64,000 nt of DNA, from NCBI GenBank assembly GCA_012959275.1, contig DUDM01000034.1, positions 16,688 through 80,687 on the forward strand, written 5' to 3'. This DNA comes from Candidatus Poseidoniales archaeon (GTDB lineage: Archaea > Thermoplasmatota > Poseidoniia > Poseidoniales > Poseidoniaceae). The translations under genes and the position numbers were made by a program. This document shows, in pieces, positions 37,943 through 46,651 of this stretch. Each line of letters begins with the position of its first letter. Positions within the stretch are counted from its first letter, which is position 1. The notes below the pieces were generated by a model. That model had not been told where the DNA came from. It did no database searches and was given only the letters and a program-made list of their open reading frames with translations.

Positions 37943-38587
37943 CTATCGTTTGCGGATTTCAGCGGCAAATTCATTCATTATTTTACTTGACATACTTTGT
38001 AAAATTTCATTAAATGTTGATTTTGAGATATTGAGTATTTCTGACATATTGCTTTGGCTGATTCGTCTTGGTTTGTCAAAGTAGCCTTCTGCTAAGGCTA
38101 ATTCGAAGACTTGTCGTTGCCTTTCAGTCAGTAAGGATTCACCCTCTTTTGACTTAATGCTGAGAATTTTATGAGGTATTTGGTCTTCATTCAGTTCTTC
38201 AATTAAATTCCGCGCATTATTTTGGTCACATTCAATGCTCCATTCAACCCAGCCATCTCGAATTTCAAAAGGTGTTTTTGGAGTTAATCCAATTTTCCTT
38301 AATGCTTTTAGAAAGCCCCCCCCACCTTTAGCAATCTCAACTCTAAATCGAATCCCACTTTTTGATTGTTCCAAGACAATGACGTTCATTATAGAGTCCA
38401 ATGAATTGATGCTAGTATGAACTGTTGAAGTATCGCGACAACGGATTGTTGCAGTTGCACTTCCTCGACCTTTTCCTAGTGCCATATGCTCTTCAATTCT
38501 CAACATTGCTTGGGGAAATAACCTCGTCAAGTCCCCCGCCCAATGCCCTTCTGGCAGACGGACCTCCAACTGCAAGCTCTGCGCCAC
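37943..38587 (-). CDS. HTH_10 (bacterio-opsin activator-type) transcriptional regulator
   Basis: C-terminal LTERQRQVFELALAEGYFDKPRRISQSNMSEILNISKSTFNEILQSMSSKI. Confidence 0.8.
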   Translation of the reverse strand: MAQSLQLEVRLPEGHWAGDLTRLFPQAMLRIEEHMALGKGRGSATATIRCRDTSTVHTSINSLDSIMNVIVLEQSKSGIRFRVEIAKGGGGFLKALRKIGLTPKTPFEIRDGWVEWSIECDQNNARNLIEELNEDQIPHKILSIKSKEGESLLTERQRQVFELALAEGYFDKPRRISQSNMSEILNISKSTFNEILQSMSSKIMNEFAAEIRKR

Positions 38588-38622
38588 ATCAAGGCGTGTG
38601 CATTCAGGTCAATGAATGTGTT

Positions 38623-39513
38623 TCAGTTACCAGTAAAGTTTGCAACTCGCTTTTCTACGTAGGCTGCAATTCCTTCTTTGGCATCGCTACTGTTGAAGAG
38701 TGAGGCTTGGAGTTCTCTCTCAAGGGCTAAGTGGTACTCGAATGGAATCTCTGGACCAGTTTGGCAACTGCGCTTGATATTTCCAACAGCCTTGACAGCC
38801 TTGTTAGGGAGGGTGAATTGACTGCACCAGTCAAGGCAGTCAGTACGGAATTGGTCTGCATCCCCCTCAAAGATGTGGTTGATGAGGTTCATATTTTCAC
38901 CATCCTCGAAAGAGAGTAGTTGTCCTGTAACCATGAATTCCAGTGCTTTTGCCTTACCGATAAGGCGTGTTAAGCGAGCGGTTCCACCAGTTCCAGCGAG
39001 AACACCCAAGTTGATTTCGGGCAGTCCAAGTTTACCTGCATTCTTGCGAGCGATACGAATATCTGCTGCCATTGCTATTTCCAAACCGCCACCTACTGCG
39101 TGACCGTTCAAGCAGCAAACTACCAACTTGGAAGTTTGTTCTAAGCGGGATAATGTTTCATTTGCGTGAAGACAGAAATTGTATTTGAATCCAGGTGTGA
39201 CACTGTTGAGCATCTGGATGGATGCACCAGCGGAGAAGAACTTGGAGCCGTGTCCAGTGAACATGATGACAGTTACACTGTCGTTGAATCTCGCCTTTAC
39301 GACTGCTGTATCGATATCGCACATCATTTCGTGAGTGTAGGTATTTGGCCCTTGGCCATCTCCTTCTAGTGGTGCTCCTGCAGAATCTGAAGCCAATTCA
39401 ATGACTGCGATTCCATTTTCAGTGACTGCATAGTTTACGAGGTGGTTGGGCATTGACTCGAATTTCAGGTTGTATTGGTTGTCCATGTCCTCGGCGAGAT
39501 GCGATGTATTCAA
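38623..39513 (-). CDS. enoyl-CoA hydratase/isomerase family (divergent)
   Basis: FFSAGASIQM and GHAVGGGLEIAMAAD. Has a roughly 60-aa N-terminal extension. Confidence 0.8.
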   Translation of the reverse strand: MNTSHLAEDMDNQYNLKFESMPNHLVNYAVTENGIAVIELASDSAGAPLEGDGQGPNTYTHEMMCDIDTAVVKARFNDSVTVIMFTGHGSKFFSAGASIQMLNSVTPGFKYNFCLHANETLSRLEQTSKLVVCCLNGHAVGGGLEIAMAADIRIARKNAGKLGLPEINLGVLAGTGGTARLTRLIGKAKALEFMVTGQLLSFEDGENMNLINHIFEGDADQFRTDCLDWCSQFTLPNKAVKAVGNIKRSCQTGPEIPFEYHLALERELQASLFNSSDAKEGIAAYVEKRVANFTGN

Positions 39514-39567
39514 GAACCAATCGCATAGAAAGACAAGGCTTACAGACTACCTTTCCTTCCAAGTAGC

Positions 39568-40281
39568 ATGGCGATTAGGATATCTGGATTGAAGCGCGGA
39601 TATGGAAAGATACGTGTTTTGGATTCTTTGGATATGAATGTGGATGAGGGCAGTATCTACGGCTTACTAGGGCCATCTGGATGTGGGAAAACCACTTTAC
39701 TGAATGTAATACTCGGGTTTTTAATTCCAGAAAAAGGTGAAATCAATGTTCTTGACACTAATGCACACATTCCAGGCTCAGATGTTGGCTATGCCCCCCA
39801 AGAATTGGCTCTTTATTTGGATTTGAATATCTCAGAGACGTTGACGTTTCATGGCCGTTTACATGAAATGTCTAAACAAAAAATTGAAGAGAGAGGGAAA
39901 TGGCTGAAATCATTTCTTGACTTGCCAGATTTTTCAAGGATAGTTGGCAAATTATCAGGAGGAGAAAAACGCCGTGTTTCCCTCGCTGTAGCACTTTTAC
40001 ATGAACCGCGTTTACTTTTACTCGATGAGCCAACGGTTGGAGTTGACCCTGAATTAAGAGCCCGAATTTGGCAACATCTTCGGACTATTGCTGATCATGG
40101 TACGACCATAGTTTTGACAACTCACTATATTGATGAAGCGGGCAAGGCCGACCGAGTTGGTCTGATGCGTGATGGCAGATTACTCGCCGAAGAGGGTCCT
40201 CTTGAATTAATGGATGAACACGATTCTAATTCCTTAGAGGATGTTTTCCTAACCTTGTGCAAGCGAGAGGTGGTAGCATGA
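39568..40281 (+). CDS. ABC transporter ATP-binding protein (ABC-2 exporter type)
   Basis: GPSGCGKTT, LSGGEKRRVSLA and LLLLDEPT. Confidence 0.9.
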   Translation: MAIRISGLKRGYGKIRVLDSLDMNVDEGSIYGLLGPSGCGKTTLLNVILGFLIPEKGEINVLDTNAHIPGSDVGYAPQELALYLDLNISETLTFHGRLHEMSKQKIEERGKWLKSFLDLPDFSRIVGKLSGGEKRRVSLAVALLHEPRLLLLDEPTVGVDPELRARIWQHLRTIADHGTTIVLTTHYIDEAGKADRVGLMRDGRLLAEEGPLELMDEHDSNSLEDVFLTLCKREVVA

Positions 40282-41312
40282 ACTGGAACCGAATTGGGGC
40301 AATTGCCTCTCGCAAGTTTGCATCTATTCGAAGAGACCACAGGATGTTTGCTTTTATCATAATGATGCCGGCTATTCAGATTCTATTATTTGGGTTTGCC
40401 ATCGGAGCATCACCTACTAATCTGGATGTAATTACCGTAGGGGAGCATCCAATTTTTTCTGAACTTGAGGAATCAGAACTTTTGGTTACGCATAATTATT
40501 CGGATTTACAAGCCGCAAAAGAACAAGTCGAAAACGGTGAAGCATGGGCAGTTATTGAATCAAATGGAAGTTCTTTGACAATACATTTCGACGCCTCGAA
40601 TCAGCAGATAATGCAGACAATAATCAATGAGGTTAGAACTGCATTACAACAGTCTGCACCGAGTTTATCCCTCAAAATTGCAGAACCGATTCATGGTGAA
40701 TCCGAATCCGAATTTATAGATTTCTTGGCTCCTGGAATTATGGTATTAGTGTGCTTTATGTTTTCAATCATTTTGACTACAATGGCCTTTGTGGGGGAGA
40801 GAAATGATGGCACACTTGACCGTCTATTTGCTGCCGGAGTTCAACCATCTGAGGTATTGATTGGGCACCTTGCAGCCTTTTCATTCATTATTGTGGGCCA
40901 AGTTTCAGTAGTGATTGGAATTGCAGTTATGGTATTTGATATCCCAATGCATGGCTCATTATTGCTGTTATTTAGCCTTGGGTTATTACTTGGATGGGCA
41001 GCAATGTGTCTTGGATTATTCTTATCCACAAAGGCCAAAAGTGAATTTCAAGCATTGCAGTTGGTATTGCCGATTATTTTCCCAGTGCTCTTGTTGTCGG
41101 GGATTTTATGGCCTGTTGAAGCCTTGCCATTTGGACTGAAAGAATTCAGCATGTTATTGCCTACAACATGGGCAGCAGAATCATTCCGCTCTATCATGAT
41201 GCGAGGTTGGGGTCTTTCAAATCCATTGATTTGGAAATCATTTATCATTGTTTTTGCATTTGGTGCAGTCGCCCTAATTGCAGCCGCAAAGTCCCTCAAG
41301 GTTCGTTCATGA
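40278..41312 (+). CDS. ABC-2 type transporter permease
   Basis: ATGA overlap with the ATPase gene. Has an N-terminal TM, a roughly 130-aa loop, then five TM segments. Confidence 0.8.
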   Translation: MNWNRIGAIASRKFASIRRDHRMFAFIIMMPAIQILLFGFAIGASPTNLDVITVGEHPIFSELEESELLVTHNYSDLQAAKEQVENGEAWAVIESNGSSLTIHFDASNQQIMQTIINEVRTALQQSAPSLSLKIAEPIHGESESEFIDFLAPGIMVLVCFMFSIILTTMAFVGERNDGTLDRLFAAGVQPSEVLIGHLAAFSFIIVGQVSVVIGIAVMVFDIPMHGSLLLLFSLGLLLGWAAMCLGLFLSTKAKSEFQALQLVLPIIFPVLLLSGILWPVEALPFGLKEFSMLLPTTWAAESFRSIMMRGWGLSNPLIWKSFIIVFAFGAVALIAAAKSLKVRS

Positions 41313-42545
41313 AGTGGGATTGTCTTCTGTAAAACTGGCTTTCCCACCACTCTTACGAACTTCATCCCAACGCTTTCCCACTGCAATTGCGGCTTCACTC
41401 TGTTGCCATCTATCGTGTTTCAAATCTTTTCTGAAAGGTAGTTTTCTGAATTTTCTACCATCTTTACTAACTTCTCGAGATAGCATCGCTTTTCCAAATG
41501 TAGAATAGACCATATTTCTCCAAATACTTCCACGGAATATTCTTTCGATAAATTTGAGGCCGTCTTTCTTTTTCTTCTGGTCTTTCATCCATTTAGAACA
41601 AACTCTCTTCATTCCTTTGTCGCCGATTCGATTCATCAAAAAGCGGTTTGCCACTGAAGTTTTTATCAGAGGGAGGAGAATCTTCCGAACTTGTTTATCG
41701 TAATCTTGACCTCCCAAGATATCCTGAGCTGCAAGAACTCCGCTGGTTATCGCATACCTCATTCCAAAACCCCACATGAAATCCTGCATACCGCCTGCTT
41801 CTCCAACGTAATATCTCCCATCTACTTTGTAATTATCATTGATTGTGAAATCTCCTTTTCCGCCGACCCTTTTGATGGGTTGCATGTCTAGGTCAGGGTA
41901 GTGTTGTTGGTACCAAGCGACTGTCTCGTTTAGGAAGCGCTCAGACTTGGATTGCTTTCTCCATAGGCAGGTGCAAATTAATCCTATTCCATCAATTACG
42001 ATTAGGTAAGCATAGGCTCCGGGTGCCAGTTTGTCATTGAGATGAAGTGAAACATGGTCGGGGAAACTAGTTTTGAAAACCTCCCCATATGCAATTGCAG
42101 AAGTACCCTTAGGGCCGCTTGCAATTATTGTGCAATCTTCAGACTTAACTCTTGATTTATAGTGGATATTTACTCCTGCTGCTAGGGCTTGACGTTTGAG
42201 TCCTTGGTCGATTGTATGTTCTGCTGTGCCTCTTTCTACTACTCTAAAGGCAACTTTGGGGCCGTATGCTTGAGTGATTACATCATCTGGATGAATAATA
42301 TCTACTTCTTTGAAAGGAGTTGCTTTGAATTCATCAGGGTTGATTCCCCATTCTCTCATTTCATCGAGGAAATCGGTATCCGAACTCCAATTTTCTAACC
42401 CTTGGAAGTCACCGTCGAAGCGGGCACCTGAATCGGCTCTAATGTCGTGAACGTGTACTTCTTTTCCTGCTTTAGCGAGAAGGATAGATGCCGAAAGACC
42501 GGATAACCCGGCTCCCATAATTTGCACCACATCCTCCTGCATCAT
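41307..42545 (-). CDS. FAD-dependent oxidoreductase, geranylgeranyl reductase-like, with basic C-terminal extension
   Basis: ATG at 42545 gives MMQEDVVQIMGAGLSGLSASILLAKAGKEV (GxGxxG). VGEAGG is near the C-terminus of the core. A roughly 100-aa Lys/Arg-rich tail follows. Confidence 0.75.
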   Translation of the reverse strand: MMQEDVVQIMGAGLSGLSASILLAKAGKEVHVHDIRADSGARFDGDFQGLENWSSDTDFLDEMREWGINPDEFKATPFKEVDIIHPDDVITQAYGPKVAFRVVERGTAEHTIDQGLKRQALAAGVNIHYKSRVKSEDCTIIASGPKGTSAIAYGEVFKTSFPDHVSLHLNDKLAPGAYAYLIVIDGIGLICTCLWRKQSKSERFLNETVAWYQQHYPDLDMQPIKRVGGKGDFTINDNYKVDGRYYVGEAGGMQDFMWGFGMRYAITSGVLAAQDILGGQDYDKQVRKILLPLIKTSVANRFLMNRIGDKGMKRVCSKWMKDQKKKKDGLKFIERIFRGSIWRNMVYSTFGKAMLSREVSKDGRKFRKLPFRKDLKHDRWQQSEAAIAVGKRWDEVRKSGGKASFTEDNPTS

Positions 42546-42619
42546 ATTCGGGCTGGGCGGATATGGCTTCAAGTGTTCGCAGCACAACCTGCATGAAGTG
42601 GTGGCTGCTAGGAGCGGCC

Positions 42620-43048
42620 ATGGGCGAGGAATCCATAACCATCAAGGTGGTTGAAAATGAACTCAACCCAGACCAGTTGAAACATAATCTGAAGACTGAT
42701 GGCTGTGGAGCAGTAGTGTCCTTTCTTGGTCTAGTGAGGGATTTTGATACAGGTGAAGAAGTCCTTTCATTGGAGTTTGATTCTTGGAAAGAAAAACTAT
42801 TTTCTGTCTTAGAAAGATTAGCAAATGAATCAACCTCTCTACATGGAGTTTCATCCATAGTTATCGCTCACCGAATTGGGGTTGTTAGTGCAAACATGCC
42901 AATTGTTTGCATCCATGTGGCTTCTGCACACCGTAAGGAGGCCTTCGAATCCTGCTCATGGCTCATCGATGAACTAAAGTCTCAAGCACCATTGTGGAAA
43001 AAAGAAATCAAAGTAAGTGGTGCAACTTGGAAAGCAGGATTGGGGTGA
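42620..43048 (+). CDS. moaE: molybdopterin synthase catalytic subunit
   Basis: GAVVSFLGLVRD ... HRKEAFESCSWLIDELKSQAPLWKKE. The start is ambiguous: 42563, 42593 or 42620. Confidence 0.8.
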   Translation: MGEESITIKVVENELNPDQLKHNLKTDGCGAVVSFLGLVRDFDTGEEVLSLEFDSWKEKLFSVLERLANESTSLHGVSSIVIAHRIGVVSANMPIVCIHVASAHRKEAFESCSWLIDELKSQAPLWKKEIKVSGATWKAGLG

Positions 43049-43053
43049 AAATA

Positions 43054-43491
43054 ATGGTTGAAGGAATAATCGATGTAAGTCAAAAGCCAAAGATAATGAG
43101 AACGGCAAAAGCCACTGGAGTCCTTCATTTGCAACAAACAACAGTTGAAGAAATCCAATCAAAGAATGTCAAGAAAGGCGATGTTCTCGAGGCCTCAACA
43201 ATCGCGGCAATTCAAGCAGTAAAAGAAACACCACGAATTGTCCCTCATTGCCATCCCATTCCGCTTGAGGGGTGCTGGGTAGATTGGAGTTGGGAAGGAA
43301 ACGATTTGAGATGCACAGTATCAGTGAAGGCAACATATAGCACAGGTGTCGAAATGGAAGCATTAACTGGTGTGTGTGTAGGATTGTTATGTGCATGGGA
43401 TATGGTGAAGTACCTCGAAAAGGATGAGTCAGGACAGTATCCTTCCTCAAAAATCACCGATATTTTGGTACTAGAGAAACGCAAGGGTTGA
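43054..43491 (+). CDS. moaC: cyclic pyranopterin monophosphate synthase accessory protein
   Basis: ATG 6 nt after the moaE stop. PHCHPIPL and GVEMEALTGV motifs. Confidence 0.85.
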   Translation: MVEGIIDVSQKPKIMRTAKATGVLHLQQTTVEEIQSKNVKKGDVLEASTIAAIQAVKETPRIVPHCHPIPLEGCWVDWSWEGNDLRCTVSVKATYSTGVEMEALTGVCVGLLCAWDMVKYLEKDESGQYPSSKITDILVLEKRKG

Positions 43492-43492
43492 C

Positions 43493-44464
43493 ATGTTACC
43501 TTGCTTCGCCCAGCACATGGCAGCAGTCGGTGAACTCGCAGACTATTTCCGGTTGGCTTGTGAAAGAGCCGCAATCGCCAGTGACGAATGGCGGGGCAAA
43601 GGCGACGGTAAGGCCGCTGATGGAGCAGCAGTCGAGGCAATGCGCTCAACATTCGACCAAGTTCCATTTGATGGCAGGGTGGCAATCGGCGAAGGCGAGA
43701 GAGATGAAGCCCCAATGTTGTGGATTGGCGAGCCTCTTGGAAATATGCAAGGCCATCCAGATGCAGTGAAAGTAGACATCGCTGTTGACCCATTGGAGTG
43801 CACAAATAATTGCGCCACAAACAGTCCAAATTCAATCGCCGTACTTGCAGCCGCCCCTCGCGGAGACTTGCTACATGCTCCAGATTGCTACATGGACAAA
43901 ATAGCAGCAGGACCAGACTTAACTGGAGAAATTAGCCTTGATGCTGAAGTGGCATGGAACCTTGAACAGGTTGCTTCGGTTTTGGATAAAGCAGTTTCAG
44001 AGGTTCGGGTTGTAGCACTTGATAGAGAGAGACACGCCCAATTATTTTCAGAAGTTAAGGACGCAGGTGCGCAATTGCATTTGATGGGTGATGGAGATAT
44101 TTCTGCAGCGATTTGGGCCTCTGAAGCCGATGGTCCCTACGATTTGTTACTTGGAATTGGGGCTGCTCCAGAGGGAGTGATTACCGCTACTGCATTACGT
44201 GGTCTTGGTGGTGTATTTGAAGGCAGACTAAAATTTCGTTCTGAAGAAGAGCGTAATAGAGCAGAAGGAATGGTTGGTGGAGACCTTGATCGACTTTGGA
44301 CTGCAGAGGAATTATGTCGTTCATCTGATGCAGTTTTTGTCGCAACTGGTGTTTGCCCAGGCTATCTACCGGGTGTAGAACACCTTGCTGAAGGAATTAA
44401 GACGACTTCGCAAGTCATCGATGTCACTTCCGGAAAAACCAGTAGGATTGAGACGATTCATTGA
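43493..44464 (+). CDS. glpX: fructose-1,6-bisphosphatase class II (GlpX)
   Basis: 323 aa with GEGERDEAPML, IAVDPLECT and LMGDGDISAAI. Confidence 0.85.
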   Translation: MLPCFAQHMAAVGELADYFRLACERAAIASDEWRGKGDGKAADGAAVEAMRSTFDQVPFDGRVAIGEGERDEAPMLWIGEPLGNMQGHPDAVKVDIAVDPLECTNNCATNSPNSIAVLAAAPRGDLLHAPDCYMDKIAAGPDLTGEISLDAEVAWNLEQVASVLDKAVSEVRVVALDRERHAQLFSEVKDAGAQLHLMGDGDISAAIWASEADGPYDLLLGIGAAPEGVITATALRGLGGVFEGRLKFRSEEERNRAEGMVGGDLDRLWTAEELCRSSDAVFVATGVCPGYLPGVEHLAEGIKTTSQVIDVTSGKTSRIETIH

Positions 44465-45054
44465 GTACAAGTTCTAGAATTGTGCCCTGATTTCCCACAG
44501 TTTTTGCAGTGTTTGAATTGATTGTTTCTATTTGGAAAGACTTTTTTGGCATCCGCTGCCTCTGGGTTCACCTTTGGACACGTGCGGGAATTATGCCCAA
44601 TTCTATTGCAAGCCTGACATCGACGCTTACCATCTTTAGGGCGATTCCTTTTGAGGGCCGCTCGTTCTGGAAATAGCCTTGGGCATGTTCGGTTATTATG
44701 TCCGACTTTATTGCATTCGCCGCATACCCTTCTACCATCTGGACGGGGCTTTCGCTTGGCGGGACGGTCTGGATGAAGACGAGGGCAAGAACGTGTATTG
44801 TGACCTTTCCTAAAGCAGTAAGCGCAACGTCTGATTCCATCTTTTTTCTTTTTTTGTTTTCGATTTGGATAAGTTTTTGGGCAAGTTCTTGTGTTGTGAC
44901 CAACGCGGCTACAGTTTCCACATCTCCTGTTACCCCTTGTTTCTAGCCTATATTTACGCTTTTTTGCCTTAGTGGGATTCAATTTAGGGCAGGTTCTTCT
45001 GTTGTGCCCTTTTTCATTACAATTCGAACAAATATAGAAGAAGTTGTCAGCCAT
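44458..45054 (-). CDS. highly basic protein made of six tandem CCHC zinc knuckles
   Basis: ATG at 45054. Six copies of C-x2-C-x3-GHN-x-R-[ST]-C: CSNCNEKGHNRRTC, CGNCSRVGHNTRTC, CAYCFRKGHNTRSC, CGECNKVGHNNRTC, CQACNRIGHNSRTC and CKNCGKSGHNSRTC. They are joined by K/R/P-rich linkers. Confidence 0.8.
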   Translation of the reverse strand: MADNFFYICSNCNEKGHNRRTCPKLNPTKAKKRKYRLETRGNRRCGNCSRVGHNTRTCPKTYPNRKQKKKKDGIRRCAYCFRKGHNTRSCPRLHPDRPAKRKPRPDGRRVCGECNKVGHNNRTCPRLFPERAALKRNRPKDGKRRCQACNRIGHNSRTCPKVNPEAADAKKVFPNRNNQFKHCKNCGKSGHNSRTCTQ

Positions 45055-45147
45055 CTTAATCAATTGGTTGATAAAATCACTCTTATATGTATTATATGGC
45101 AAGTAAATCAGAACCCTGTATTAGGGATTGATTGAAGGAGGAATCCC

Positions 45148-46095
45148 TTGTGGGCGACTTTGCCGGTGATTGAGATGGATGTTGTTGTACCAATGGATGT
45201 GCCTGAAGAAATGGTCGAGTCTTGGCTTGAAAATATGGCTGCTGCAACTTGCAATACAGGTAGGATGAACCTCTTTGCTTGTGACCAGAAAATTGAGCAT
45301 TTGAATGATGATTTTTTTGATGGCGGAGTGAAAATCCCCCCTTCATCGAATAATCCAGAACATTTGTTTGAGATTGGTGCTCGCGCCCATGCCGAAGGAA
45401 CAATTGGTGTTCTTGCTGGCCAATTAGGATTGATTTCTCGTTATGCCATGGATGCAATAGACGTGCCATACCTAGTCAAAATGAATAGTAAAAGCCATCT
45501 TGTGAAAAAGGGGCAAAGAGATCCTGTTAGTATGGCGATGTGGGATATAGATGATGTTTTTACACTCATCAATAATGGCGTAAATGTAGTTGGAATAGGC
45601 TATACAATATATCTTGGTAGTGAGTTTGAACATGATATGCTGACCGAAGCAGCAACTTTGATTCGCCAGGCTCATGAAAATGGCCTAATTACTGTGACAT
45701 GGATTTATCCTAGGGGAGAAGCCGTTGAGGATGAGATGGATCCGCAACTCATCAGTGGGGCGGCAGGAGTTGCACTTTGCATTGGTGCGGATTTTACCAA
45801 AGTCAATTATCCGAGAGCCTTTGACAATATGAGTCAAGCCGAAAGTCTAGCTGTGGCAGTAGAGGCTGCAGGTAGAACAGGAATCATTTGTTCTGGGGGG
45901 GGCAGTCTTCCGGCCAAGGAATTCCTACAACGCCTTTGGGAGCAAATTAACATCTCAGGTGCTCAAGGTGCTGCTACAGGCCGTAATATTCACCAAAAAG
46001 GCACTGAGGAAGCGGTTAAGATGACTGCTGCATGTCACGCGATTATCTGTGAAGAAGCCAGTGTGGATGAAGCATTGGCTATTTTCGAAGAGTGA
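45148..46095 (+). CDS. class I aldolase of the DhnA/FbaB/LacD family (fructose-bisphosphate aldolase or ADH synthase)
   Basis: GGAGG 6 nt before TTG at 45148 (an alternative ATG lies at 45175). Schiff-base lysine context GADFTKVNYP and a GRNIHQ tail. Confidence 0.75.
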   Translation: MWATLPVIEMDVVVPMDVPEEMVESWLENMAAATCNTGRMNLFACDQKIEHLNDDFFDGGVKIPPSSNNPEHLFEIGARAHAEGTIGVLAGQLGLISRYAMDAIDVPYLVKMNSKSHLVKKGQRDPVSMAMWDIDDVFTLINNGVNVVGIGYTIYLGSEFEHDMLTEAATLIRQAHENGLITVTWIYPRGEAVEDEMDPQLISGAAGVALCIGADFTKVNYPRAFDNMSQAESLAVAVEAAGRTGIICSGGGSLPAKEFLQRLWEQINISGAQGAATGRNIHQKGTEEAVKMTAACHAIICEEASVDEALAIFEE

Positions 46096-46105
46096 ATATT
46101 TTTAT

Positions 46106-46420
46106 TCACCTGAATATCGAGTTTCCATTTTTATCATTGTTGAGTAGAATTGGCTTGCCATCTTCCCACTCGGGGCAGTTGTCGGAAACCCAAATGCGTG
46201 TTGCCCACTCACAAATATCGTAGCCACCAGAGAGGATTCCACTTCGCTTGATATAGCCAACCTTGACGATGTCTTTGTCTTTGGAAAGTACGTTTCCTAA
46301 TTGTTGACTTGTTGTGCCGTGGCGCATTGTGGTATTGATATGCTCAAGTATTTCGGCTGTGTTCCTAGGGCGCTCTGCCAGGAACTTCTTAATTTTCTCG
46401 CGTATTCTTACTGTTTTCAT
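46106..46420 (-). CDS. small winged-helix DNA-binding protein (family not recognised)
   Basis: ATG at 46420 preceded by AAGGAGG (an alternative ATG lies at 46459). KIKKFLAERPRNTAEILEHINTTMRHGTTSQQLGNVLSKDKDIVKVGY looks like HTH plus wing. Confidence 0.6.
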   Translation of the reverse strand: MKTVRIREKIKKFLAERPRNTAEILEHINTTMRHGTTSQQLGNVLSKDKDIVKVGYIKRSGILSGGYDICEWATRIWVSDNCPEWEDGKPILLNNDKNGNSIFR

Positions 46421-46599
46421 TGAATCATCCTCCTTTTGTTTTTTGGGCGGCCGCTTCATGGTTCGGTGCCCGATATGGCAGAGGAACGCTGGGGCTCATA
46501 TAACCGTTATGCCTACAATTGATTGTAGGGTTACACTTACTGACCATTATAGGTGCAATATTGTGCCAACCGAGGCACGTGGTGTGAAAAATAGTCTAA

Positions 46600-46612
46600 C
46601 TCCAGTGGAAAC
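46600..46612 (+). promoter_or_regulatory. ORB / mini-ORB core motif CTCCAGTGGAAAC
   Basis: Exact match to the core of the archaeal origin recognition box. Lies in the divergent intergenic region 40-95 nt upstream of the 866-aa gene. Confidence 0.5.
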
Positions 46613-46651
46613 CCGTAACTAAATGTAAGTTTAAAGCATGTTAAGGTCAAG

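Noticed and set aside
42472-43835. Minus-strand ORFs of 128 aa (42472-42858) and 196 aa (43245-43835), plus plus-strand 43488-43769
   Set aside because: They overlap moaE, moaC and glpX, all of which have strong family motifs. They are alternate-frame artefacts of a relatively G+C-rich stretch.
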